Source: Synechococcus sp. A15-24
GTDB lineage: Bacteria; Cyanobacteriota; Cyanobacteriia; PCC-6307; Cyanobiaceae
Direction of reading: 5' to 3'
Assembly: GCF_014280195.1 (NCBI RefSeq)
Contig: NZ_CP047960.1
Span: 960,001 to 992,000 of the forward strand
DNA: 32,000 nucleotides
The position numbers were made by a program, and so were the translations under genes. The notes beneath the pieces are model-generated. The model was given only the letters and a program-made list of their open reading frames with translations. It did not search any database and was not told the origin of the DNA. How positions within the stretch are numbered: position 1 is the stretch's first letter; each line of letters begins with the position of its first letter. Positions 24,380-32,000 of the stretch are shown piece by piece.

Positions 24380-25843
24380 TTGCCCCTCACTTTGAGCACC
24401 TTCCCACGAGACGCGAGGATCAACGCAGTTCCACCGCAGCCGGTGCACGCCTCCACCGATCTCCGGCCCCACCTGCACCGCTTGGACCCCTTCGCTTCCC
24501 CTGATCAAGCGGATCCGGTGCTGCGGGACTTCCTTCATCGGGCCAGTGATCTGCTCTGTGACTGGATCGGTACGGCGTCCAAAGGGGTGCCCTTGCCGAC
24601 CGTGCGCCCGCAGCCGGCCGTCGCCCCCACCGCGGCAGGCCTCGGCATGGACCGGTTGCTCAAGGATCTACAGCTGGTGATGGAAGGTGCCTATCAGCCG
24701 TCCCATCCCGGAGCTCTGGCCCATCTCGATCCACCGCCGCTCACGGCATCGATCGCCGCCGACCTGATCTGTGCCGGGCTGAACAACAACCTGCTGGCGG
24801 AGGAACTGTCCCCAGGGCTCACCGACCTCGAACAGCAGCTCTGCAGTTGGTTCTGTCAGCAACTGGGACTGCCGGAGCAAAGCGGCGGTGTTCTCGCCAG
24901 CGGCGGCACCCTCAGCAACCTGATGGGGTTGGTGGTGGCCCGTACCCATGCGGGAGTTCGTGATGGCGTCGTGCTCTGCAGCCGTGACGCCCACGTTTCG
25001 CTTCAGAAGGCAGCCACTGTGATGGGGTTGCCGGATGAGGCTCTCCAGCAACTTCCGGTGGACAGCAATGGCGGCCTGGACCTGGCGGCTTTGGATGCAG
25101 CCCTTTCAGCACTGCGGCGCGATGGCCGATGCTGCCTGGCGGTTGTGGCGACGGCAGGCACCACTGTGCGAGGTGCGGTGGATCCGCTGGATGCGATTGC
25201 CCGCCTTTGCCGCCGTGAGGGGGTCTGGCTGCATGTGGACGCCGCAATAGGTGGCGTTTTTGCCCTCTGGGAGCCCTTGGCGCCCTTGATGCAGGGGCTG
25301 CATCAGGCGGACTCGATCACGCTCAATCCGCAGAAGCTGCTGGGGATCACCAAAACCTCGTCCATGCTCCTGTTACGGGACCGCTCCAAGCTGCGGGATG
25401 CCTTTTCCACCGGGCTGCCGTACATGGAGTCGCCCTGCAGTAATGATCATGGTGGCGAAGTGGGCCTGCAAGGGACCCGGCCGGCAGAGGTGCTCAAGCT
25501 CTGGCTGGGTCTGCGCCAGCTCGGCATCGAGGGCATTGGTGCTGTCCTCGAGTCCGCCCTCGAGCGAAAAGCAATGTTGAAACGGCTATTGGCCGATGAT
25601 CGCCTGCTGGTGCTGGATGGCGGCCTTCATCTGTTGGCCCTGCGCCCCCGGCAAGAGGATCCCTCTGGGTCCGCTAGTTGGACCGAGCAGACCCGCCAGC
25701 TTCTGATGCGCGAAGGATTTCTCCTGTCCCGCCCCAGCTACGACGGCCATCACTGGCTGAAGGTGGTTCTGGGTAATCCCCACACCACCCTTTCTCACCT
25801 GCAGCAATTGGCTGGGCTGATCAGCCAGCAGCTGACCCATTGA
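24380..25843 (+). CDS. Group II pyridoxal-phosphate-dependent decarboxylase, substrate unknown
   Basis: Contains SGGTLSNLMGLVVAR, VVATAGTTVRGAVDPL, LHVDAAIGG and SITLNPQKLLG (PLP Lys). The start is non-ATG (TTG 24380 in the track), so the 5' end is uncertain. Confidence 0.85.
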   Translation: MPLTLSTFPRDARINAVPPQPVHASTDLRPHLHRLDPFASPDQADPVLRDFLHRASDLLCDWIGTASKGVPLPTVRPQPAVAPTAAGLGMDRLLKDLQLVMEGAYQPSHPGALAHLDPPPLTASIAADLICAGLNNNLLAEELSPGLTDLEQQLCSWFCQQLGLPEQSGGVLASGGTLSNLMGLVVARTHAGVRDGVVLCSRDAHVSLQKAATVMGLPDEALQQLPVDSNGGLDLAALDAALSALRRDGRCCLAVVATAGTTVRGAVDPLDAIARLCRREGVWLHVDAAIGGVFALWEPLAPLMQGLHQADSITLNPQKLLGITKTSSMLLLRDRSKLRDAFSTGLPYMESPCSNDHGGEVGLQGTRPAEVLKLWLGLRQLGIEGIGAVLESALERKAMLKRLLADDRLLVLDGGLHLLALRPRQEDPSGSASWTEQTRQLLMREGFLLSRPSYDGHHWLKVVLGNPHTTLSHLQQLAGLISQQLTH

Positions 25844-25878
25844 TCCCACAGAATCCAGTTACTTTGTGGGTGTTGCCC

Positions 25879-26100
25879 ATGGGTGGAAGTGAGCAGCGTC
25901 CTCGCTGGGTGGCCATTGTCACCGGGGCGATCTCCATCGCCATCGCCGTGGTGTATCTCCTGCTGATCACCGTGCTGGACGCTCGTGGTCCAATGCTTCC
26001 CCCCCCTCCCGAGGCCCTGGGTGTGGTGGAAGGCTCGCTGCCGCCCTCCGCTGCAATGGTTCCACTACCTGGCGCATCGCTGTTGCGAGAAATCGCTTGA
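25879..26100 (+). CDS. Possible small TM protein
   Basis: ATG 25879 gives MGGSEQRPRWVAIVTGAISIAIAVVYLLLITVLDARGPMLPPPPEALG... Its 3' end overlaps the convergent GTPase gene by 134 nt. Confidence 0.35.
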   Translation: MGGSEQRPRWVAIVTGAISIAIAVVYLLLITVLDARGPMLPPPPEALGVVEGSLPPSAAMVPLPGASLLREIA

Positions 26101-27562
26101 GCGAGGCCTCCCGTTTGTTCAGCTCGAAGGCTTCCTGCACCACCGCCTGAAGGCCCTCATCGCCCCAGTCCTGGTCCTGTTCGAAGAATCGGATGAAACT
26201 GGATCCGGCGATGCGGGTAAGCCAGGCCGTGACCACCCCCTGGACGCCACGGCCGATCACCAGCGTTGGGAGTGACACGCTCAGTGCTGGGCTGATCAGG
26301 CTCAGGGCACCTTTGACGATGCCGAGCCCCGCCAGGGTGCGTCCCACGGACACCGCCAGCTCTCTGGCGCGCTCCTTGGTCATGTCGATGCCATAGACAG
26401 CGGCGATCTCCAGCACCATCTGGCCGTTCACGGCGGCTGTGCTCAGCAGATCGACCCCAGGCAGGGGCGTGGCGGCCACGATGCCGGCACCGATCCAGCT
26501 GTAGCGATCAACGCAGCGCTTCGCTTCCCGTCGCCGCTGGCTGTTGAGCAGGTCCCGTCCCCGTTGGTCCAGCTGTCGGCACTGCAGAAGAATGTTGTCG
26601 GCAATCAGTTCCTCCCCGTCCGCATGCAGAACGGTCGCAAGCCGCTGCAGCAGTTCATTGACGTCTGGAGCCGGTTGCAACGGACGTCCACCCGGTCGCG
26701 GAATCGTTTGCGGTGCAGCGCTGCAGGCCACCACGTCTGCGGCGGGCAAGAGCCCTTCGCATCGGCTGCGCAGCAACTGCAATAAACGCCGCTCCTCCTC
26801 GGCACCCCGCAGATCCCGTTTGTTCAACACCAGCAGCAAACGTTTGCCCAGCCCTGCTAAGGACCGCAGCACCGTCATCTCCGAGCTGCGCAGGTCACCA
26901 TCGACAACCACCAGCAGCAGGTCGGCTCGAACCGCCTGCTGGCGTGCGCGTTCTTCACGATTCAGTCCACCGTCCCCCGCCTCAAGAATCCCCGGTGTGT
27001 CCACCAGGCGCAGACCCCGTTCCAGTCCTTTGAGTCGCAGTCGATAACTGGGCGTGCTGCGGGTGGAGCCCATCGCGGCGGCCACATCGCCCACCATGTC
27101 CTGCAGCAGTGCGCGGATCAGCGAGGTTTTGCCGCTCGATCCGGTGCCGAACACCACCACCACAAGATCGCCGCGGGCAAGGTCCTGCTCCACCCGTTCT
27201 CGTTCCTGGCGCAGGCTTTCCCGCACCACACTGTCCTCCAGCCGCTCGAGTAGACGGTCAATGCTGATCAGGCTCCGGCCGGCGGCATCACGTCGGGTTG
27301 CGGGTGGCTCCTCAGGGGCGTCAGCGCCTTTCGTGGTGGATCGGTGTCGAATCTGACGCCACCACGGCAGTCCCACCTGCACCACCAAGGCTGCAATCAG
27401 CGCCAATCCCAACAGCAGCAGCGGTGTGATCAGCCAGGCGGGCAAAAAATAACTGAGGTCCCAGAGAAGGGTTCGGATGGCCTGCAGCAGGCCACCCAAC
27501 ACGATCAGCGCGGCCAGAGCAGCGGCCAATCCCAGCAGCAGTCGGTGGCGTTTTGGGATCAC
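25967..27562 (-). CDS. Membrane-anchored GTP-binding protein with C-terminal DUF697/YcjF-like domain
   Basis: N-terminal TM segments. G1 is GTGSSGKT, G3 is DTPG and G4 is NKRD. The C-terminal hydrophobic block is WIGAGIVAATPLPGVDLL...AVYGIDMT. GTG start. Confidence 0.85.
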   Translation of the reverse strand: MIPKRHRLLLGLAAALAALIVLGGLLQAIRTLLWDLSYFLPAWLITPLLLLGLALIAALVVQVGLPWWRQIRHRSTTKGADAPEEPPATRRDAAGRSLISIDRLLERLEDSVVRESLRQERERVEQDLARGDLVVVVFGTGSSGKTSLIRALLQDMVGDVAAAMGSTRSTPSYRLRLKGLERGLRLVDTPGILEAGDGGLNREERARQQAVRADLLLVVVDGDLRSSEMTVLRSLAGLGKRLLLVLNKRDLRGAEEERRLLQLLRSRCEGLLPAADVVACSAAPQTIPRPGGRPLQPAPDVNELLQRLATVLHADGEELIADNILLQCRQLDQRGRDLLNSQRRREAKRCVDRYSWIGAGIVAATPLPGVDLLSTAAVNGQMVLEIAAVYGIDMTKERARELAVSVGRTLAGLGIVKGALSLISPALSVSLPTLVIGRGVQGVVTAWLTRIAGSSFIRFFEQDQDWGDEGLQAVVQEAFELNKREASLKRFLATAMRQVVEPLQRRAAASLPPHPGPREGGEALDHERPAR

Positions 27563-27610
27563 AACGTTGCATCGCTGCCCCGGCTGCTGGCCGGGATGGG
27601 GTGAAGCGGA

Positions 27611-28090
27611 TCAGCCATGGCGTGATGACGTCCTGCTGCTCCAGAGATCAACAAGAAAACAGAGGACCGCCAGGTTGATGGCGATATCAGCTGGATTGAA
27701 GATCGGGAAGTTGATCGGCACAAGGGCGAGAAAGTCGATCACATGCCCGAGACGCCAGCGATCAATGCCGTTTCCCAGGGTGCCCCCAAGCAGGAACGCC
27801 ACCGCCATCCCCTGCCAGAACGGAGGCGTGCGATGCCTCACCACCCAAATCAACAGACCCGTCGTCACCGCCAGACTCAGAAATCCCAGCCATTGGACCG
27901 ACCCTCGGAACAGACTGAAGGCTGCTCCGGTGTTAAGCACCAGCTGGCCATTGATCAATCCGGGCAGCAGTGGAACGATGCGTCCATCTGCCAGCTGGGA
28001 TGCGGCCAGCAGTTTCGTTGCCTGATCAACCAGGACCACCAGGCCACTGACCCCCAACAGAGGGGCTCGTCGCAGGATTGAGCCCGTCAT
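27611..28090 (-). CDS. lspA: Lipoprotein signal peptidase (signal peptidase II)
   Basis: Contains DQATK, NTGAAFSLF, LGNGIDR, VIDFL and FNPADIAI. ATG 28090 overlaps the bioY stop (ATGA). Confidence 0.9.
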   Translation of the reverse strand: MTGSILRRAPLLGVSGLVVLVDQATKLLAASQLADGRIVPLLPGLINGQLVLNTGAAFSLFRGSVQWLGFLSLAVTTGLLIWVVRHRTPPFWQGMAVAFLLGGTLGNGIDRWRLGHVIDFLALVPINFPIFNPADIAINLAVLCFLVDLWSSRTSSRHG

Positions 28091-28656
28091 TCCCTGATCA
28101 CCAGACACCAGCGCACGATGACGGCCACCACGGCCGTCGCAGCGCAGAGAGCAAGTTGTGCGGGCAAGGGCCCAATTCCGTAGCCCATCACCAGATCAGG
28201 CAACGCTCGCTCCCAGCGTCCCAGAAGTGCACCAAGGCACAGATTGACCAGACCACAGAACTGCAGTGTCACCAACCCCGCCACGGCAGCCGCGGCCTGG
28301 GCTGTGAGATCCCCCATGCCCTGCTGCTGGGACAGCCGACCCGTCAACCAGGCGGCGGGGATGAAACCGGCGAGGTACCCGAAGCCAGGCTCCAGAACGT
28401 AGGTGAGCCCACCGCCGCTGTGGAACACCGGAAGGTCCAGCAGCCCAAGGCTGAGGTAGGCCACAGCGGCAATCATCCCGGCACGGGGGCCACTGACGAG
28501 CGCGCAGAGCAGGAGCGCCGGCACCTGCCAGGTCGCCGGCAAATCCATCAGTCCCAACGGGGCTGATGGAATTAACAGTGCTGAGGGCAGCAGGCCGCCG
28601 ATCAAGATCATCAGCACACCGGCCAGGGCTCCACTCCACGTGGCGAGAGCTTTCAC
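28087..28656 (-). CDS. bioY: Biotin transporter BioY
   Basis: Six-TM protein. Contains ...PVFHSGGGLTYVLEPGFGYLAGFIPAAWLTG..., typical of BioY. GTG start. Confidence 0.85.
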   Translation of the reverse strand: MKALATWSGALAGVLMILIGGLLPSALLIPSAPLGLMDLPATWQVPALLLCALVSGPRAGMIAAVAYLSLGLLDLPVFHSGGGLTYVLEPGFGYLAGFIPAAWLTGRLSQQQGMGDLTAQAAAAVAGLVTLQFCGLVNLCLGALLGRWERALPDLVMGYGIGPLPAQLALCAATAVVAVIVRWCLVIRE

Positions 28657-28712
28657 GCCGGTCGATCAACTGAGCGCATCCTGCTTGAGAATGCAGGTCC
28701 TGCCCAGATCCC

Positions 28713-28934
28713 ATGACCGTCTCCATCGGCGATCGTCTGCGTCTGACCGCTTCTCAGACCTATCTCAAAACCGCTGACCCGATGCCGATGCTGCGCCCGC
28801 CGGACCTGGTGTCGGTGGGAGAAATCGGGGAAGTTGTGGCACTTCATCCCCTTGAGACCGTCGCTGTGCGCTTCCGGCGGGGGGCGTTTCTGATTCCCCT
28901 CAGTCAACTGGAACCAGTCGCTGCTGAGGATTGA
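28713..28934 (+). CDS. DUF3148-like small protein
   Basis: Reads MTVSIGDRLRLTASQTYLKTADPMPMLRPPDLVSVGEIGEVV...VAVRFRRGAFLI. The LKTADPMPMLRPPDL block is the family hallmark as I recall it. Confidence 0.75.
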   Translation: MTVSIGDRLRLTASQTYLKTADPMPMLRPPDLVSVGEIGEVVALHPLETVAVRFRRGAFLIPLSQLEPVAAED

Positions 28935-30172
28935 AGCTGGCTCCAGTGGTCTTCCAGCCTCTTGAGGGCGTCCGCTGGACCGCAAAGGCTGAGGTGGGGA
29001 GTCTGAAGCCAGCGCTGGGCTGCTTCCATCAGCTCCTGAGGCTGCAGTGACTCCATGCGTTCAAGAGAACGGTGGTCATGGTCATCGCTCAGGCCGAGGC
29101 CACGTCGATGTGCCGCCCGTTCCGCCCGCTGGGAACAGGTCTGGCGGCCATGGGCCACCTGTCCTCGGAATTTGGCTCGGGCCAGGGTGAGGTCCGCCTC
29201 GCTGAGGAGTTGGCTGCTCAACTCCTGCCAGCTTTGGTGCAACAGCGACAAGGTCAGTTCAGCCCGTTCGGCGCTGCTGGAGGCGTGCAGTACGAACGGT
29301 GCAGCTCCTGCCCGCGCTGGGTGATGCGCTCCCACGTCGTAGGCCACACCATGGTCTTCCCGCAGACGACGGAACAGCAGGCTCGACATGCCTGAGCCCA
29401 GATGGCACTGCAGCAGCCGCAGAGCCAGGTCATCCGGATGCCCATACGCACAGCAGGGTTGCCCCAGCATCAGCACCACCTGCTCGGTGTCGATGGACTG
29501 CATCACCAGGTCGCCGTCGCCATTGGGCGTCCAGTGCATCGGTGGAGGGGGTGGTGCATCTGTCGTGTCCTGCCACCCCTCGCCCGTCCGCTTCAGCAGC
29601 GTGTCGTCCAGGGATGACGGCCAGGTTCCGCTGATGGCCAGCACGGAGCGTCCCGTCGTCAGCTGTCTGGCCAGGGTCTGCAGAGCGGTCTCATCCATTC
29701 GTTGCAGGTCGTCGCTCACTCCGAGCGGGTCATGGCCGTAACCCGTGCTGCCGTAAATCAGCTGCCGCCATTGATCGATCGCCAGGTGGAAGGGGTCCTC
29801 CCGCTGTCGCTGCAGCGCCTGCAGGCTCAAGGACCGCTCCAGTTCCAGCTGTTCCGTCGCCAGATGGGGTTCTGTCACCATCCAGTCGAGCAAGGGCATC
29901 AGCTCCTGGGCGTCTTCGGTGGTGCAGCGCAGACTGATCAGCAACCCGTCTTCATGGGCGTCACTGCGCAAGCCGGCGCCTCGCCCCTCCACCAAATCAG
30001 CTAGCTGACGATGGTCGAATGGTCCGCAGCCACGGCTGAGGGTTGCCGCTAGCAGCTGATGGGCACCACGCTGGCAGACGCCGTCCGTGGCACTGCCCCA
30101 GGGCAGAAGCAATTTCGCCGCCATCACGCCGGGGGTGGCGATCCGATCAACGATCAGGTCCGGGATGGCCAT
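28904..30172 (-). CDS. M16-family peptidase-like protein lacking the HxxEH zinc motif (non-catalytic partner)
   Basis: Insulinase fold blocks are present, but the position of HxxEH reads GAHQLLAATL. Its ATG shares one nt with the upstream stop (TGATG). Confidence 0.85.
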   Translation of the reverse strand: MAIPDLIVDRIATPGVMAAKLLLPWGSATDGVCQRGAHQLLAATLSRGCGPFDHRQLADLVEGRGAGLRSDAHEDGLLISLRCTTEDAQELMPLLDWMVTEPHLATEQLELERSLSLQALQRQREDPFHLAIDQWRQLIYGSTGYGHDPLGVSDDLQRMDETALQTLARQLTTGRSVLAISGTWPSSLDDTLLKRTGEGWQDTTDAPPPPPMHWTPNGDGDLVMQSIDTEQVVLMLGQPCCAYGHPDDLALRLLQCHLGSGMSSLLFRRLREDHGVAYDVGAHHPARAGAAPFVLHASSSAERAELTLSLLHQSWQELSSQLLSEADLTLARAKFRGQVAHGRQTCSQRAERAAHRRGLGLSDDHDHRSLERMESLQPQELMEAAQRWLQTPHLSLCGPADALKRLEDHWSQLQSSAATGSS

Positions 30173-31464
30173 CAGCGTTGCCCCGCCGGAGTAGCGATCA
30201 GGCTGCAGGCCTGACTGGGCTGCAGCAATGGCATCAGGTCCTCAGACAACCGCTCTTCAGTCCAGGCCTGCAGATGCTGCAGCGGTTGCAGCAGCTCCTG
30301 CGGACGGTTCCACAGCATCTGGCTGGCGGCCTGGGCTGCCACCTGACCGACCGATTCCAGGCTATAGCGCAGCCCATTGCCTACGAGTTGGCGTCCTCGA
30401 GCCAGCTCTTCAGCTGTAAACGGTGCCGCCTGGTTCAGCTGCTCGTGCACCGTTGCTTCCACCTGCTCCAGATCCTCGGGCTCACAGCTGATCTCAAGGG
30501 TCATCAGGCATCCCTGTTCCAGAACACTGAGATCCATGTCCACGCTTTCCGCAATGCGAAGCTCCTCGCGCAGCTGGGCGACGAGGCGGCTGCGTCGCCC
30601 TTCCCCCAGCAGTGTCGTGGCGAGATCGGCACCCATCACCCAGGCCTGATCGTGGGCGGTGGATCCGCTCCAGAGCATCAGCAGGCGCGCTGATTCCAGG
30701 CGTGCCAGCTCCATGGTGTGACGTCCTGGCTGCAGCCTCAGCCCCCTGGGCTCCACTTGATTGATGGCGTCGGCTGACGGTTGTGGGTCCGGCGGCAGTT
30801 GCGCTAGGGCCGAGCTCTCGACCGTCGCCCTCAGCTCCCTCGCTCTCGGTCCACTGATGGCCAGACAGCAATGGTGGCCTCGGTAGCGGCGCTGATGGAA
30901 CGTGCGCATGGCTTCAGGGTCCATGGCCAATAGGCTGGAACGTTCCCCGAGGATGGGGCGTCCATAGGGGTGGTCCAGGCAACCCTGCTTCAGCAGTTGC
31001 TGCAGGACCAGCTCATCCGGTTGATCGGCGTACTGGGCCATCTCCTCCAGCACCACCTCCCGCTCCAGGCGGAATGACTCCTGCTCCAGGGCAGGGTGCA
31101 AAACCAGATCCAGCAACAGATCAAGGGCCTGCTGGCTCGTCTCGGGCGGGATCAGAACGTGGAAATGCACGTCATCAAAGCCGGTGGCGGCATTGCTGCT
31201 GCCGCCAAGGGCCTCGATGGCCAGATCAAAGGCACCAGCCTCAAGCCGCTCACTGCCCTTGAACACCATGTGTTCCAGGAAGTGCGCCATCCCTTCCTCT
31301 CCAGCAGCCTCCGTGAAGCTTCCGGCTCGACACCAGAGGTCAAGGCAGGTGAGCGGAGCTTCGGGCATCTCGGCTGCCACGCAGCGCACACCGTTAGGGA
31401 GGGTCCAATGGTCCAGTGCAGGACCGTGCAACAGGCTGGTCAGAACTGCGTGGCAAAGTTCCAT
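30172..31464 (-). CDS. M16-family zinc peptidase (insulinase/processing-protease type), catalytic
   Basis: Contains [14 protein letters not shown] (HxxEH), a downstream E in [12 protein letters not shown] and the context LPNGVR. Confidence 0.9.
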   Translation of the reverse strand: MELCHAVLTSLLHGPALDHWTLPNGVRCVAAEMPEAPLTCLDLWCRAGSFTEAAGEEGMAHFLEHMVFKGSERLEAGAFDLAIEALGGSSNAATGFDDVHFHVLIPPETSQQALDLLLDLVLHPALEQESFRLEREVVLEEMAQYADQPDELVLQQLLKQGCLDHPYGRPILGERSSLLAMDPEAMRTFHQRRYRGHHCCLAISGPRARELRATVESSALAQLPPDPQPSADAINQVEPRGLRLQPGRHTMELARLESARLLMLWSGSTAHDQAWVMGADLATTLLGEGRRSRLVAQLREELRIAESVDMDLSVLEQGCLMTLEISCEPEDLEQVEATVHEQLNQAAPFTAEELARGRQLVGNGLRYSLESVGQVAAQAASQMLWNRPQELLQPLQHLQAWTEERLSEDLMPLLQPSQACSLIATPAGQR

Positions 31465-31482
31465 TCTGTTCCCCCCGGCTTG

Positions 31483-32000
31483 ATGCAGTCCCCGCCGTCT
31501 GAGTCTTCATCGACGGTTGCTCCCCTGATTCCCTCCCTTGCCGAGACGATCCGGGGTGCCTGGATCGGCTTACCAGAGCTGAAACCGCTCGACGCCGACT
31601 CCGATTTCTCAAGTATTGAGGGGCAACTGGAGGGGGATGACCTGCTCATTCGCAACGAGCTGCTGTGCTGCCGCGGTATGCGCAAGATCCACCTGGAACT
31701 GGCGCGGCTTGGTCGGGGTCTGCAGATTCTCCACTGCGTCTGGTTCCCGGACCCCCGCTTCGATCTGCCGATCTTCGGTGCCGACATCGTGGCCGGTCCC
31801 GCAGGGGTATCCGCTGCAATTGTTGATCTGTCTCCGGTGTCCGGAGCCTTGCCGTCGGGCATTGAAACGGCCCTGGCGGGCACTCCCAGGCCGAATTTTC
31901 GCCAGGTGCGCGATCTGCCGGGGTGGGGCACGATTTTTTCCCCCCATGTCTGTTTCATCCGTCCGGATGCTGCTGAGGAGGAGGTGCTGTTCCGCTCACG
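31483..32000 (+). CDS. pcyA: Phycocyanobilin:ferredoxin oxidoreductase, N-terminal ~172 codons; the gene runs off the right edge
   Basis: Absent from the track because no stop lies in the window. Hand translation from ATG 31483 gives [27 protein letters not shown]...[57 protein letters not shown]. These are PcyA/FDBR motifs. Confidence 0.85.
   Translation, partial: MQSPPSESSSTVAPLIPSLAETIRGAWIGLPELKPLDADSDFSSIEGQLEGDDLLIRNELLCCRGMRKIHLELARLGRGLQILHCVWFPDPRFDLPIFGADIVAGPAGVSAAIVDLSPVSGALPSGIETALAGTPRPNFRQVRDLPGWGTIFSPHVCFIRPDAAEEEVLFRS

Noticed and set aside
26544-27356. Plus-strand ORFs of 100-167 aa rich in Ser/Arg
   Set aside because: They are antisense to the GTPase/DUF697 gene and are shadow frames.
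1-32000. Search for CRISPR arrays, IS elements or transposases, integrases, restriction-modification systems, toxin-antitoxin pairs or other defence modules
   Set aside because: I saw no spaced direct-repeat arrays, no transposase or integrase-like translations and no nuclease, helicase or methylase clusters in any frame. The YraN-family gene is a solitary conserved housekeeping-type gene.

Overview
The window looks like chromosomal DNA from a high-GC marine picocyanobacterium of the Synechococcus type. This call rests on psb28, pcyA, a GUN4-domain gene, an allophycocyanin-like gene, and glnA with an NtcA-type promoter. Most of it is tightly packed core housekeeping. On the minus strand: umuDC, rlmH, a lumenal pentapeptide-repeat protein, psb28 with two AI-2E permeases, selU, a SAM methyltransferase, glnA, tadA, a membrane GTPase, bioY-lspA and a pair of M16 peptidases. 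On the plus strand: a yraN-family gene, the run rsmA-ispE-DUF3082-pdhB-secD-secF, a GUN4-like gene followed by an RsbW-like kinase, an aminotransferase, a PLP decarboxylase and pcyA. Two real genes run off the window edges and are missing from the ORF track: umuC on the left and pcyA on the right. Many genes use GTG or TTG starts, and stop and start codons often overlap. Nearly all long antisense ORFs in the track are high-GC shadow frames. I found no rRNA, tRNA, CRISPR array, transposase, integrase or recognisable defence system. The least ordinary parts are listed here.
- A visibly lower-GC islet at about 10.55-13.5 kb holds only small orphan ORFs and about 430 nt of apparently non-coding DNA.
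- A 2OG-Fe(II) oxygenase gene is interrupted by one in-frame TAG.
- The chain psb28-perM-perM is followed by two tightly coupled micro-ORFs.
- A phycobiliprotein paralog sits divergent from the glnA promoter.
I cannot support a claim of a new system from sequence alone. The items under findings are leads, not discoveries.
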